A stretch of 61,308 nt of DNA from positions 1 through 61,308 of the forward strand of contig NEUO01000001.1 of NCBI GenBank assembly GCA_002304315.1, in the 5' to 3' direction. The translations under genes were made by a program, and so were the position numbers. The stretch comes from Verrucomicrobiia bacterium Tous-C4TDCM. Its GTDB lineage: Bacteria > Verrucomicrobiota > Verrucomicrobiia > Verrucomicrobiales > Akkermansiaceae. Positions 18,602 to 28,459 of this stretch are shown here, piece by piece. Every line of letters begins with the position of its first letter. Positions within the stretch are counted from its first letter, which is position 1. Under the pieces are notes generated by a model, which saw only the letters and a program-made list of their open reading frames with translations, was not told the origin of the DNA and ran no database searches.

Positions 18602-19612
18602 TCAGGCGAAGGCCTTCAGGAACCCGACCTCGAGCGCCAGTTGCTCCTGGGCATTGGTTTCCAGATTCGAGCGCATTTCGCCCACCGCCTCCATCCGGCG
18701 GATCAGCCGGCCCAGATCCTCCGCCCCGGCCAACATGCCGGTGGCCTCTGTCGAAGTCGGAAACTCGAGCCCTCCCGCGCCCGTCTTGCACCGCAGCACG
18801 TCAGCCATCCACGACTGCAAGACCTCGAACAGAAAGGCGCGCTGCTCGATGTAGTCGGACTCCGCCGTTGCCTTCAGCGCCTCCTCGCGGCGCTTCAACC
18901 AATCTCCCTCGAAGCCCTTGTTGAGCGCCTTCTCCTCCTCTTTCAGCAAGGCTTCCGCCGCATCGACCGCCTCCGCCTTGCTGGTCTCGAGGATCGAGGA
19001 AAACACTGACTTCAAAGTCAACGCCACGCTGGCCGAACCAAAGCCGGCCCGGGCGGCGTGGTCCAACGCTGCCAACAGATCCCCGCCCGCTCCTTCGCTG
19101 AGGTCGGCCTTGCCGATCAGCTGTATCCCCACGCAACGGGAAAGCACCGTCGGCAACAAGGCACCCGGATTGGAAGTCAGCAGCAGCATGAGGCTCTGCG
19201 GAGGAGGCTCTTCGAGCGTCTTGAGGAAGGCGTTGGTCGAGTTAGCGTTCATCCGGTCGGCATCGCAAATCACACCGATCTTCCAGGTCTTCGGTCCGGA
19301 GGATACGTAAAAGCTTTTCTCCAGGTCGCGCATGGACTCGATCAGAATCCGTCGCGATTTGGACTGCGGCCGCAGCACCCGCACCCACTCGCCGGCCAGA
19401 TCGTCCAAAGGCGGGATCTCTTCCACCACCGGCTCCCCGAACAGATCAAAGCCGGCCCCGGAGTCTTTAAAATTCAACATCTTCACGATCCGCGCCGCCA
19501 GCCGCTCCTTGCCGCAGCCGCGCGGCCCGCTGATCAGGAAGGCATGGGCCAGCCGGCCCCGCTCGTGGGCAGCCTTCACCAGTTGAAACGCATGATCGGG
19601 CGAGAATGCCAT
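18602..19612 (-). CDS. holB: DNA polymerase III subunit delta'
   Basis: RLAHAFLISGPRGCGK, NAFLKTLEEPP, LLPTVLSRC; start at ATG 19612. Confidence 0.9.
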   Translation of the reverse strand: MAFSPDHAFQLVKAAHERGRLAHAFLISGPRGCGKERLAARIVKMLNFKDSGAGFDLFGEPVVEEIPPLDDLAGEWVRVLRPQSKSRRILIESMRDLEKSFYVSSGPKTWKIGVICDADRMNANSTNAFLKTLEEPPPQSLMLLLTSNPGALLPTVLSRCVGIQLIGKADLSEGAGGDLLAALDHAARAGFGSASVALTLKSVFSSILETSKAEAVDAAEALLKEEEKALNKGFEGDWLKRREEALKATAESDYIEQRAFLFEVLQSWMADVLRCKTGAGGLEFPTSTEATGMLAGAEDLGRLIRRMEAVGEMRSNLETNAQEQLALEVGFLKAFA

Positions 19613-19699
19613 CGCGGGATCATGCTGGCCGCTGACCCCACCCGACTCCAATTTCTAAATTCCGAAATCCACCCCTCCCTGCCCGGATTCAGCTTCCCC

Positions 19700-19790
19700 A
19701 ATAGGTCTTGATAAAATATTTGCCCTGATTTTTAAAATTTATTAAATACTTCCCCGCTGCCGCCGATAAATAACGAAAATTCAACTCAAA
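19700..19790. promoter_or_regulatory. AT-rich divergent promoter region (holB / sensor kinase)
   Basis: Sharp AT-rich tract between divergent genes; TTGATA and TAAAAT hexamers with a 19-bp spacing. Confidence 0.35.
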
Positions 19791-19793
19791 AGG

Positions 19794-21806
19794 TTGCCCC
19801 ACCTCTGCGTTGCCTTGTCCTGTCTGACGTCCCTACTCCCCGACTCCCTCGCCGCCGCCCCTTCCGGGCCGGCGACGAATCCCATCGGCCGGGTCGCCCG
19901 CCTGTTCAATCGCACCTTGGTCCGGGATGAAGACCAGATCATCTGGCTGAAAAGCCGTCTGGTCGACCTCGCCGTTTTCGCCGAGATCCCCCTCAACGAG
20001 CAAGTCGGCTGGCGCTGCGGCCTGATCGACCCCGAGGCCGGCAGACCATGGCTCGCGCTCGATCTCGGACGCGAATTCCCGCTCGACCAAATTTTCCTCA
20101 TCCCCGCCCAGCGCCAGGCAGGCGATCCGCTCGACCTCTTCCCGCGCCGCTTCACCATCCAAGCGGCAAGCCAGCCCGACTTTTCCGATGCCCGGACGAT
20201 CCACCGGACCACCGGCAGGTCGCAACCCTCGCCGGCCGGCTATCCGGTCCGGATCAATGGCGACGAACTTCCCGCACGCCACATCCGTATCACGTTCGAC
20301 GAAGGTCACGCGTGCGGACTCAGAGGAGTCTGCGCCCTTTCGGAAATCTTCGTCTTCTCGAACCAGCATCCCGTTTCCCTCGGCGCTAAAGTCACCACCG
20401 GCCAATCCGTGAACATCCCCGGAGTCTGGGAATCTTCCTTCGTCGTCGATGGCCGCACGCCGCTCGGACTCTGGGAAGGCGGGATCGCCACCTTGACCGA
20501 GTCCCGCGGCCACTGCCTCGAAGTTCCGGCCGATCAGCAGAATGTCGAATGGATCATCGACCTTGGAAAGCAGGCTCGGATCGATCACCTGATCCTCTTC
20601 CCCTACGCCCTGCCGGAACTCTCCGGCCCCGGCGTGATGCCGCCGCGCCTCAAAGTCGAGATCGCCAGCAATCCCGAATTCGACGGCTCCGCCTGCATCG
20701 CATCCAACGGTGCCCGCGACATCCCGATCGACCTGACCACCCCGGTCATCCTCTCCGCCGAGCCCGTTGAAGGCCGTTACCTGCGCATCCTTTCGGAAAG
20801 AGCCTGGCAACTCGGAAACCGCCATCTTCAGTCCATCGGCGAAGTGGAAGCCTGGTCGGACGACATCAACCTCGCCGCAGGCCAACCGGTCACCGTCCGC
20901 CACGCCGGCCTCGACTTGCCGATCCAGGAACTCACCGACGGCTTCGGCAGTGGAAAACAAATCCTCCCGATCTTCTCCTGGCTCAATCAGCTCGTCGAAC
21001 GCGCCACCCTTGAAAAGGAAGTCGCCTGCCTCACCGCCAGCGCCGGCAAAATGGCCGCCGAAAGCGAGCTCAACACCACGTGGGGCGCCGCCATCGCCCT
21101 CGGACTCACCTTCCTGATCCCGGTCGCCATCGTCGAGCGCCGCCGCCTCGTCTCCCGCACCCACCTCGACAAGCTGCGGAAGCGCATCGCCTCCGACCTC
21201 CACGACGACATCGGCAGCAACCTCGGCAGCATCTCGCTCATCGCCCGCTCCGCCAAACGCGACCTCGAACGCCTCCACGGTCCCGAAGGAATTGCCAGCG
21301 ACCTCGGCGAAATGGAGACCATCGCCCGCGAAAGCTCGCTCGCCATGCGCGACATCGTCTGGCTGCTGGAACGGCGCCAGGACACCATCGGCGACCTCAT
21401 CCAGCGGATGCGCGATTGCGCCGCCCGTCTGCTGCGCGAAATCGAATACTCACTGGTCTGCCGTTCCTCCAAGACCGCCGCCAAGCTCACCCTCGATGCC
21501 AAGCGCCACCTCTTCCTCTTCTACAAGGAAGCCCTTCACAACATCGTGAAGCACTCCCGCGCCACCAACGTCACCGTGAAACTCTACGATTCCAAGGACA
21601 AGCTGGTCCTCGAGGTCTCCGACAACGGCATCGGCCTGCCCCGCGGCGAAGGCGAGGAAATGACCGCCGTCAAAAAGCTCAGCGACCGTGCCCGCGTCCT
21701 CGAGGGCAGCCTCGAAGTCGAATCCACCCCCGGCAAGGGCACCACCTTGCGACTCTCCGTCAAACGCATCAACCTGATGGCCAACAAGAAAACATCCCAT
21801 GAGTGA
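19794..21806 (+). CDS. Sensor histidine kinase (HisKA_3 type) with large extracytoplasmic discoidin-like region
   Basis: RIASDLHDDIG, KEALHNIVKHS, SDNGIG, GKGTT; single TM; start codon uncertain (TTG). Confidence 0.88.
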   Translation: MPHLCVALSCLTSLLPDSLAAAPSGPATNPIGRVARLFNRTLVRDEDQIIWLKSRLVDLAVFAEIPLNEQVGWRCGLIDPEAGRPWLALDLGREFPLDQIFLIPAQRQAGDPLDLFPRRFTIQAASQPDFSDARTIHRTTGRSQPSPAGYPVRINGDELPARHIRITFDEGHACGLRGVCALSEIFVFSNQHPVSLGAKVTTGQSVNIPGVWESSFVVDGRTPLGLWEGGIATLTESRGHCLEVPADQQNVEWIIDLGKQARIDHLILFPYALPELSGPGVMPPRLKVEIASNPEFDGSACIASNGARDIPIDLTTPVILSAEPVEGRYLRILSERAWQLGNRHLQSIGEVEAWSDDINLAAGQPVTVRHAGLDLPIQELTDGFGSGKQILPIFSWLNQLVERATLEKEVACLTASAGKMAAESELNTTWGAAIALGLTFLIPVAIVERRRLVSRTHLDKLRKRIASDLHDDIGSNLGSISLIARSAKRDLERLHGPEGIASDLGEMETIARESSLAMRDIVWLLERRQDTIGDLIQRMRDCAARLLREIEYSLVCRSSKTAAKLTLDAKRHLFLFYKEALHNIVKHSRATNVTVKLYDSKDKLVLEVSDNGIGLPRGEGEEMTAVKKLSDRARVLEGSLEVESTPGKGTTLRLSVKRINLMANKKTSHE

Positions 21807-22452
21807 TTCCAAAAAACCGATCCGCATCTGGATCTGCGAAGACCGCGCCAACTTCGCGAAACAGATCTCGCGCCTTATCGCCGGCGAAGACGACCTCGTC
21901 TGCGAAAAGGCCTTCAACCACCCCGACGATCTGATGGCCGAGTTCGGCTACTGCGCCGCCCCGCCCGACCTGCTGATGCTCGACCTCGGCCTGCCCGGCA
22001 AGGACGGCCTCCAGGTGCTGCGTGAGGTGAAAGCGAAGTTCCCCGACCAGCGCATCGTCATCCTCACCTCCTTCGACGACCGCGAACGGGTCTACCGCGC
22101 CATCTGCAACGGGGCCTCCGGTTACCTGCTCAAGACTGCCGATCCCGATGACATCCTCTCCGGCATCCGCGACGTCATGAACGGCACCGCCGCGCTCAGC
22201 AGCCCGATCGCCAACATGATCCTCGAGGGCTTCTCCAAGCACGGCCCGGTGGAGGAAACCGAACCGCTCACCGGCCGCGAGGAGGAAGTCCTGCGCCTGC
22301 TGGTTGGCGGTTTCATCAAGAAGGAAATCGCTGACCAGCTCGACATCTCCCAGCATACCGTCGACATGCACCTGCGCTCGGTTTACCGGAAGCTGCACGT
22401 CCGCACCCAGACCGAAGCGGTCTCCAAAGCCCTCCGCAAAGGCCTCGTCTGA
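21799..22452 (+). CDS. NarL/LuxR-family response regulator
   Basis: Receiver LMLDLGLPG..GYLLK; HTH LTGREEEVL..VYRKLHV; overlaps kinase stop. Confidence 0.93.
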   Translation: MSDSKKPIRIWICEDRANFAKQISRLIAGEDDLVCEKAFNHPDDLMAEFGYCAAPPDLLMLDLGLPGKDGLQVLREVKAKFPDQRIVILTSFDDRERVYRAICNGASGYLLKTADPDDILSGIRDVMNGTAALSSPIANMILEGFSKHGPVEETEPLTGREEEVLRLLVGGFIKKEIADQLDISQHTVDMHLRSVYRKLHVRTQTEAVSKALRKGLV

Positions 22453-22467
22453 AGCAACGCGGGCCTT

Positions 22468-22640
22468 TACCGGGACCGCGGATCTTTAGTCCTCAGAACG
22501 GTCCCATTCAGCCCGCTGCACTTTAAAGCCCGCATCGCCGAAGCGCCCCCCCCCCCGGGACCGCCGGTCTTCAGACCGCCAGAACGGTCCCCGACGGCCC
22601 GTCGCCCATTCCAGCCCGCATCGCCGAAACGCCGAAGCGC
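22468..22640. repeat. Cluster of two REP-like units between convergent genes
   Basis: GGGACCGC..AGAACGGTCCC at 22468-22505 and 22555-22592; duplicated AGCCCGCATCGCCGAA linker. Confidence 0.75.
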
Positions 22641-22694
22641 CACCTCCCGGGTGCTTCGGCGGGCCGGTGGCACGCCGTCCCCGGCAACAGCCCG

Positions 22695-25600
22695 TTACTT
22701 CAGCGTCATCATATACCCGAACAAATCCGCCACCTGCTTCTCCGTAAACCCGTCGATCAAGCCCACCGGCATCAGCGAGCGCTTCGACACGGTGTGCTCC
22801 TTCACTTGGTCCTTCGGGATCGCCCGGGCGTCCGCGCCGATCTGCTTCAGCACCAGCGTGCCGCCTTTCTCCGAGGCCAGAAAGCCGCTCGCCAGCGTGC
22901 CATCTTTCAAAGTGATGTCGTGCCGATAATAGCCGCTCTCTAGCTGCGCGTTCGGCGTCAGAATGTTCCTCAACAGGCTCTCCACCCCCATCGCCCCCGC
23001 CCCGCCGAGCTCCGGCCCGATCGCGATGCCTTCGCCGCGGACCTGGTGGCAGATCATGCAGCTCGCCTGGAACAATGCCTTCCCCGCCGCCGGGTCACCG
23101 GGCTTCGTCGCCATCGCCCGGAAGCGCCCGAATTTCTCCGCCAGCGCCTTCGCCTCCGCCGGGGTCACCCGCTCGGGAAAGTCCGACGTCCATTCGATCG
23201 CCGCGCCGCCTTGCAGCTTCAGCCCCGGCGTCTCGTCACTGAACTGATGCACCAGCCCCGACCTCGCTTCGCCGGCCGGAAAGCTCGTCCGGAAATCCGC
23301 GCGGATCTCGTCCGCACCGCGGGCCACGTTCCAAACGCGATACTCCAGAAAGCTCGCCGCAGTGCCGCCCGCTTGGTTCGCCCGGCCAAGTTCGAGTCCC
23401 TTCATCGACGCCGCGAAGACGCCGGTCGACACCCCGGCCGCTTCGCCATCGAGATAAATCGCCACCTTGCCCGCTGCATCCCGCGTCACCGCGCAATGCG
23501 TCCACTTCCCGGCTTCCACCGGCCGGTCGGCAGTCACCACGTCGCCCGCGCCGCTCCACAGCCGCAGCCGCGCATCGAAGAAGTTGATGTCCGGTCCCCC
23601 GCCGCGTGTGCCTAACAGCCCGTCGCGGTTGCCGATCCCCGGATCGAGCTTGATCCAGGTTTCCACCGTGAAAGCCCCCTCCAGCGAAAGGTCCGCCGCC
23701 ACCACCGCGTCGGGCTTGCCGGGCAAGCGGATCACGCGGACCAACAGGCCATCGACCTTCTCCAGAATCTCGCGGAACGCCGGATGATCCGCACCCAGCA
23801 CCGCCGAAAGCTTCTCCACCACCGAGGCATCGAAGCCCGCGAAGCCACCGCCCGCCGCGGCTTTCGCGAAGGCAGTCGCGGAGTCTTTGTTAGAAAGCAT
23901 CCCGTTCACCGCGAACTGCCGCATCGCGCCGGGAAGCTTCGCCCAGCGGCCTGCGATCTCGCCGACCGCCGCTGCACCGCCCGCCGTTGCGAAGCCCAGC
24001 AGCGCCTCGCGCGCCACCGCCGCATCGGCGTGGTCGAGCTGCGACTTCGCCAGCGCTGCATCCGCCGCCCCGATCTCGTTCAAGGTCCGCAGCAAGGTCG
24101 CCAGTTCCCCCGCATCGGCCGGAACCTTCGCCTTCTCTAACAGCACCGCCGCCAGCTCCTTCAACCGGAACCGCCGCGCCAGATCCAGCACCAGCGGCAG
24201 TGACTTCGGATCCTCCTTCACCATCGCCGCCGTCGCCGTGCCGACCGCCGCACGCAGCGCCGGATCGGAGGCCGCGGCGGGATCAAGCTGGAGCAGCGCC
24301 TTCAGCAGATCGGCCCGGCGTGCGCGATCCGCCAACAGCGTGCCGAAAATCTTCGCGACCGCCGGACTGGAAAGCTGCGAACCCAGCAGGGCCACCTCCT
24401 CCGCGGCTAGCCGGCGATCTCCACCCAACGACTCTAACAAAAGCGCCACGCCCTTCTCCGGCGACAAGGCTTGCGACGCCAGCAAGCGGCCCTCCTGCGG
24501 CAGTTCGGGATACTTCGCGAGGATCGTGACAGCTCCCTCCGGATGCGCCTCCATCGCCCAACGGATCACATAGCGGAGAAAAGCACTTTCATAGGCCTCG
24601 CGACCCTTGCTCTCACCGGGAGCCGGCACTGCCCAAGCCATCGCCGCCAACATCGGCGGAGCCACCGCGCGCCGCGTCCGGATCGAGTTCGCCCACGCGG
24701 CCAGCGTCGCGAAATCCGCTTCCTTGCCAACCACCCGTGCCAACTCCGGGCTCTTCGCCGGATCGCCCGATGACATCGCACCCCAGGCCTCCGCCGCCTC
24801 GCGCCGGACGTCCGGATTGGCATCCGCCGCCAGCTTCGCCACCAGCGCGTCATCCGTCACCCCGGCCTCTAACAGCGACCACAAAGCTCCGAGCCGCTTC
24901 GCCACCGGCTGCGCCGCGTCCGCCGCCATCGCCTTCAAATCCTCCGTCACCGCCGGGTCCCTGCGATCCCCCAACTCCGCCCACGCCATCCGCGAAACCC
25001 GCGCATTGCCCGTGCCGAGCTGGCCTAACAGCTCCTTGGATCCCATCTTCGCCAAATCCGGCGGGCGCACCGGAGCCACGCCCTTCGCCTTGATCCGCCA
25101 GATCCGGCCGCGTGTCTTGTCGCGGTCCGGATGCGTCCGCGGCACCTCGTTGTGCGAGATGATCTTGTTGCACCAGTCGGCGATGTAGAGGCAGCCGTCC
25201 GGCCCGAACTGGATCGACACCGGGCGGAACCACGAGTCCTTCAAGACCAGGAAATCGTCCTGCTTCTGATAGACCCCGTCCTTCAGCGTGACGATCTGGA
25301 TCCGGTTGGTGATCGGGTTCGCGAGGTAGAATACCTTCCGGTCCGGCCACTTCGCCGCAAAGGCGCTGCCCTCGTCGTCCGCCAGCACTAGCCCGCTCAA
25401 GCCGGTCCCGCCCATCGGCTGCCCCGGCGTCGAGGCCGGCAACTGCGGCGCATACGGCCGCAACTTCTCGCTCGAGCCCGTCGGGTAGTGCGTCCCGGTG
25501 ATGTATTCCGACACCGGATGCCCCATGTCGTTGGCCTCCTGCAGGAACTCGCGGCCATCCTTGCCCGTCGTAAATCCCCAGATGTTGTTCGGCCCCGCGC

Positions 25601-26888
25601 TCAGCAGTTCGAAGTCCGAGCCGTCCAGCTTCGCCCGGCCCAGCTTGCACTGGTTGAAGGCAATCTCCTTCGGTCCGCTGGCAAATGCCGCGCCGTCCGG
25701 CCGCACCACCTTCGAGTAGTTGAAAAGCCCCTGCGCCAGATAAAACCAGCCGCCCGGCGTGCGCTCGAACTGATGCGGAAACAAATGCGAATCCTGAATC
25801 CCGAAACCACCTAACAGCACCTCGTGCCCGTCCGCCTTGCCGTCCTTGTTACGGTCCGCGTAGTAGCGGATTTCGTGACCATACTGGACCAGCGCGCCGT
25901 CCTTGTAGGGCAGCAAGCCCAAGGGAATCGCCAGCCCCTCGGCAAAGACCCGCGCCACCTGCGGCCCGGGCTTCCACGGCTCGTCAAAGACCAGCACCTG
26001 GTCCTTGCCGCCCCGCGCATACATCGCCTCGGCCTGCGGCGCGTTCTCGTTGGCATCGACCGGATACTCCAGCGCGGTCATCGTCCACATCCGCCCGGAA
26101 TGATCCCAGGCCATGGTGATCGGCTTGCCCACGCCTTCTTTTTCGGAAGCCACCAGTTCGATCTCGAATCCATCCGGCAGCGTCATCGCCGCCATCTCCC
26201 GCTCCGGCGTGCGCACCGCAGCCTCTTCCCACAGCGGCGCGCCGGGGGTCGGCGGGAGTTCCTCGATGGTGATCTCCTTGAACTGCGCCAGCATCTTGCC
26301 GCCGCCATGCGCCTGCATCCCGATCAGCCCTTCCAGCGGGATCGACGGATCGGCCTCGGTGTAATCCAGCGCCGCCACCCCGTTGATCCACGAGCGGATC
26401 CGCCGGCCCTCGCACAGGATGCGGTAGTCGTTCCAATCCCAGTCCTTCGCGGCCGCCTTGATCGCCGCCGGATCCACCGGCTCGCCGACCACCTTGTTCC
26501 GACGGGATTCATCGTACAATTTCCCCCACCAGCCGATCCCGGCATCGACCTGGTAGCCGGACATCTCGGGGTTGTCCTTCACCCGGACGCTGCGCACCTG
26601 CACCCCGGAGTTCATGAAGCCGCCCCCCTTCACCAGCCGCACCTTGAAGCGCAGGTCGAAGTTCGCGTAGCGCTTCTTGCTCGCGAGGAAGGTGTTGTGC
26701 GCCACGTTCTCGTCGAGCGAGCCGCCGATGATCATCCCGTCCTGAACCTTCCACCATTTCTCCTCGCCCGGCCGGATCTCCCAGCCGTCCAGAGTCTTGC
26801 CGTCGAAGATCGGAACAGGTTTAGCGTCAGCGGCGAACAGCCCACAGCTCGGAAAAAGGAACAGGAGGGCGCGAATCGTATTTTTCAT
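22695..26888 (-). CDS. PVC-type heme-binding CxxCH protein (DUF1080 + propeller dehydrogenase + HEAT + LamG + cytochrome c)
   Basis: NSGVQVRS/WNDYRI (DUF1080), FRPVSIQFGPDGCLYIADW, FTVETWIK..WTHCAVT, CMICH; start at ATG 26888. Confidence 0.88.
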   Translation of the reverse strand: MKNTIRALLFLFPSCGLFAADAKPVPIFDGKTLDGWEIRPGEEKWWKVQDGMIIGGSLDENVAHNTFLASKKRYANFDLRFKVRLVKGGGFMNSGVQVRSVRVKDNPEMSGYQVDAGIGWWGKLYDESRRNKVVGEPVDPAAIKAAAKDWDWNDYRILCEGRRIRSWINGVAALDYTEADPSIPLEGLIGMQAHGGGKMLAQFKEITIEELPPTPGAPLWEEAAVRTPEREMAAMTLPDGFEIELVASEKEGVGKPITMAWDHSGRMWTMTALEYPVDANENAPQAEAMYARGGKDQVLVFDEPWKPGPQVARVFAEGLAIPLGLLPYKDGALVQYGHEIRYYADRNKDGKADGHEVLLGGFGIQDSHLFPHQFERTPGGWFYLAQGLFNYSKVVRPDGAAFASGPKEIAFNQCKLGRAKLDGSDFELLSAGPNNIWGFTTGKDGREFLQEANDMGHPVSEYITGTHYPTGSSEKLRPYAPQLPASTPGQPMGGTGLSGLVLADDEGSAFAAKWPDRKVFYLANPITNRIQIVTLKDGVYQKQDDFLVLKDSWFRPVSIQFGPDGCLYIADWCNKIISHNEVPRTHPDRDKTRGRIWRIKAKGVAPVRPPDLAKMGSKELLGQLGTGNARVSRMAWAELGDRRDPAVTEDLKAMAADAAQPVAKRLGALWSLLEAGVTDDALVAKLAADANPDVRREAAEAWGAMSSGDPAKSPELARVVGKEADFATLAAWANSIRTRRAVAPPMLAAMAWAVPAPGESKGREAYESAFLRYVIRWAMEAHPEGAVTILAKYPELPQEGRLLASQALSPEKGVALLLESLGGDRRLAAEEVALLGSQLSSPAVAKIFGTLLADRARRADLLKALLQLDPAAASDPALRAAVGTATAAMVKEDPKSLPLVLDLARRFRLKELAAVLLEKAKVPADAGELATLLRTLNEIGAADAALAKSQLDHADAAVAREALLGFATAGGAAAVGEIAGRWAKLPGAMRQFAVNGMLSNKDSATAFAKAAAGGGFAGFDASVVEKLSAVLGADHPAFREILEKVDGLLVRVIRLPGKPDAVVAADLSLEGAFTVETWIKLDPGIGNRDGLLGTRGGGPDINFFDARLRLWSGAGDVVTADRPVEAGKWTHCAVTRDAAGKVAIYLDGEAAGVSTGVFAASMKGLELGRANQAGGTAASFLEYRVWNVARGADEIRADFRTSFPAGEARSGLVHQFSDETPGLKLQGGAAIEWTSDFPERVTPAEAKALAEKFGRFRAMATKPGDPAAGKALFQASCMICHQVRGEGIAIGPELGGAGAMGVESLLRNILTPNAQLESGYYRHDITLKDGTLASGFLASEKGGTLVLKQIGADARAIPKDQVKEHTVSKRSLMPVGLIDGFTEKQVADLFGYMMTLK

Positions 26889-27179
26889 GCAGATGGTGAT
26901 GACCTGATCAAACGGGCGGAAAGGGCGAATTGTTGCCGGAAATGCCCCGGCGGCCCTAGAAATTGGACACACTCCAAACCGCTCCGGACGACCTGTTCTA
27001 CGGACTCGCCACGAATTTTGCATCCTCCACCGCTTATTCCCAATCCACCTCGGCAGATCGGACCGGATGGATCATGAACGGCCTCGCCTTCCGCCCCCTG
27101 CCTTTTCTCGCTGAAATACCGCTTCAACGCCGCCCCGATTGATGATTGGAAGATCGGTGATTGGTGCTTTCCTGCCCTC

Positions 27180-27932
27180 ATGCTTCTCGCCCGCCTCCAC
27201 GACGGCCCGGAAATCTTCCACACCCTCCAGGGCGAGGGCGTTTCCGTCGGCTTGTCCGCTGTTTTCGTCCGCTCGTCGCTCTGTAACCTCCACTGCCGCT
27301 GGTGCGACACGGATCACACCTGGAACTTCGAAGGCACGCCTTGGAAGCACGACAAAGACGCGGACCCGGGCTACCGCAAACACCGCAAGGCAGAGGTGAC
27401 GATCGAAGTGCCAACCGCGGAGATCGTGTCACGCGTCGCCGCCTTTCCCTGCCGCCGGGTCGTCCTCACCGGCGGCGAACCGCTGCTCCAGCAGGACGGC
27501 TGGCTCGATGTCATTGCCGGCCTGCGGGCGATCGATCCCTCCTACGTCTTCGAAGTGGAAACCAACGGCACCAAGTGCCCTAACCCGGAGTTCCAAGCGG
27601 CAGTCGACCAGTTCAATGTCTCGCCCAAGCTGGCCAACTCCGGCATGGAAGAAAGGCTGCGGGTCGCCCCGGACGTCCTCGCCGCCTTCGCCACCGACCC
27701 CAAGGCCTGGTTCAAGTTCGTCGCCCGGGATGAAGCCGACCTGGTGGAGACCGGGGCTTTCGCGGAGCGCTTCGGCATCCCCGCCGGCAAGATCCTCGTC
27801 ATGCCGGAGGGCCGCTCGGCCGCCGAGCTCGACCGCCACGCGCGGGAGATCGCCCCCCGCTGCATCGCCCTCGGCTGGCGCTTCTGCGACCGCCTTCATG
27901 TCCGGCTCTGGGGCGATCTCCGCGGCGTCTGA
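27180..27932 (+). CDS. queE: 7-carboxy-7-deazaguanine synthase (radical SAM)
   Basis: EIFHTLQGEG, CNLHCRWCDT, LTGGEPLLQ, ETNGT, SPKL, RLHV. Confidence 0.9.
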   Translation: MLLARLHDGPEIFHTLQGEGVSVGLSAVFVRSSLCNLHCRWCDTDHTWNFEGTPWKHDKDADPGYRKHRKAEVTIEVPTAEIVSRVAAFPCRRVVLTGGEPLLQQDGWLDVIAGLRAIDPSYVFEVETNGTKCPNPEFQAAVDQFNVSPKLANSGMEERLRVAPDVLAAFATDPKAWFKFVARDEADLVETGAFAERFGIPAGKILVMPEGRSAAELDRHAREIAPRCIALGWRFCDRLHVRLWGDLRGV

Positions 27933-27996
27933 AATCCGCAGCGCAACTTTTGCCTCGCAAGCCGGTTTCCCCCGGCAGAATCTGCCTCCCGAAGCC

Positions 27997-28383
27997 ATGA
28001 AGCGCGACCCATCCACCGGTGATTTGGACCAGGACCCCGTCTGGGACCTCCTCCGCCAGAGTCCATCCCTGCGGCCCGGCCCGAATTTTGCGTCGAATGT
28101 CGCTCGCGCCGCCCGCTTGGAAGAACCGGCAAAGCCTTGGTGGTCCAAACTGTGGATCCCCGCTTCGATCGGCGGAGCTTTCGCCGGTGCTGCGGCCCTC
28201 ATTGCGGTGGTATTCACTCTGCAATCCGGCACGAATAACGGTGGCACGACAGTTGCCACGGTTCCCGCGGATTCCTCGCTCGCCGACCTTCAGGAGAACT
28301 ACGAAACCGAAGTTCTCCTCGCCGCCTCCGACCACCTCGCGGACTACAGCGATGAGGAACTGGTCGCGTTGATCGGGTTCTGA
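27997..28383 (+). CDS. Single-TM hypothetical protein
   Basis: DPVWDLL..PGPNFASNV, one TM and an acidic tail; start at ATG 27997. Confidence 0.65.
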   Translation: MKRDPSTGDLDQDPVWDLLRQSPSLRPGPNFASNVARAARLEEPAKPWWSKLWIPASIGGAFAGAAALIAVVFTLQSGTNNGGTTVATVPADSSLADLQENYETEVLLAASDHLADYSDEELVALIGF

Positions 28384-28385
28384 TC

Positions 28386-28445
28386 GGAGAGGGTGCGTCC
28401 CGCGCCCTCGGAAACTCACTCAAGGGCGCGGGACGCACCCTCTCC
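28386..28445. repeat. Perfect 23-bp inverted repeat (REP-like, possible bidirectional terminator)
   Basis: GGAGAGGGTGCGTCCCGCGCCCT ... AGGGCGCGGGACGCACCCTCTCC between convergent genes. Confidence 0.85.
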
Positions 28446-28459
28446 CGGTTCCTTCACGG

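Noticed and set aside
27180-27932. queE as part of a 7-deazaguanine DNA-modification (dpd) system
   Set aside because: No dpdA/tgt-like, queC or queD neighbours; host-like composition suggests ordinary queuosine synthesis
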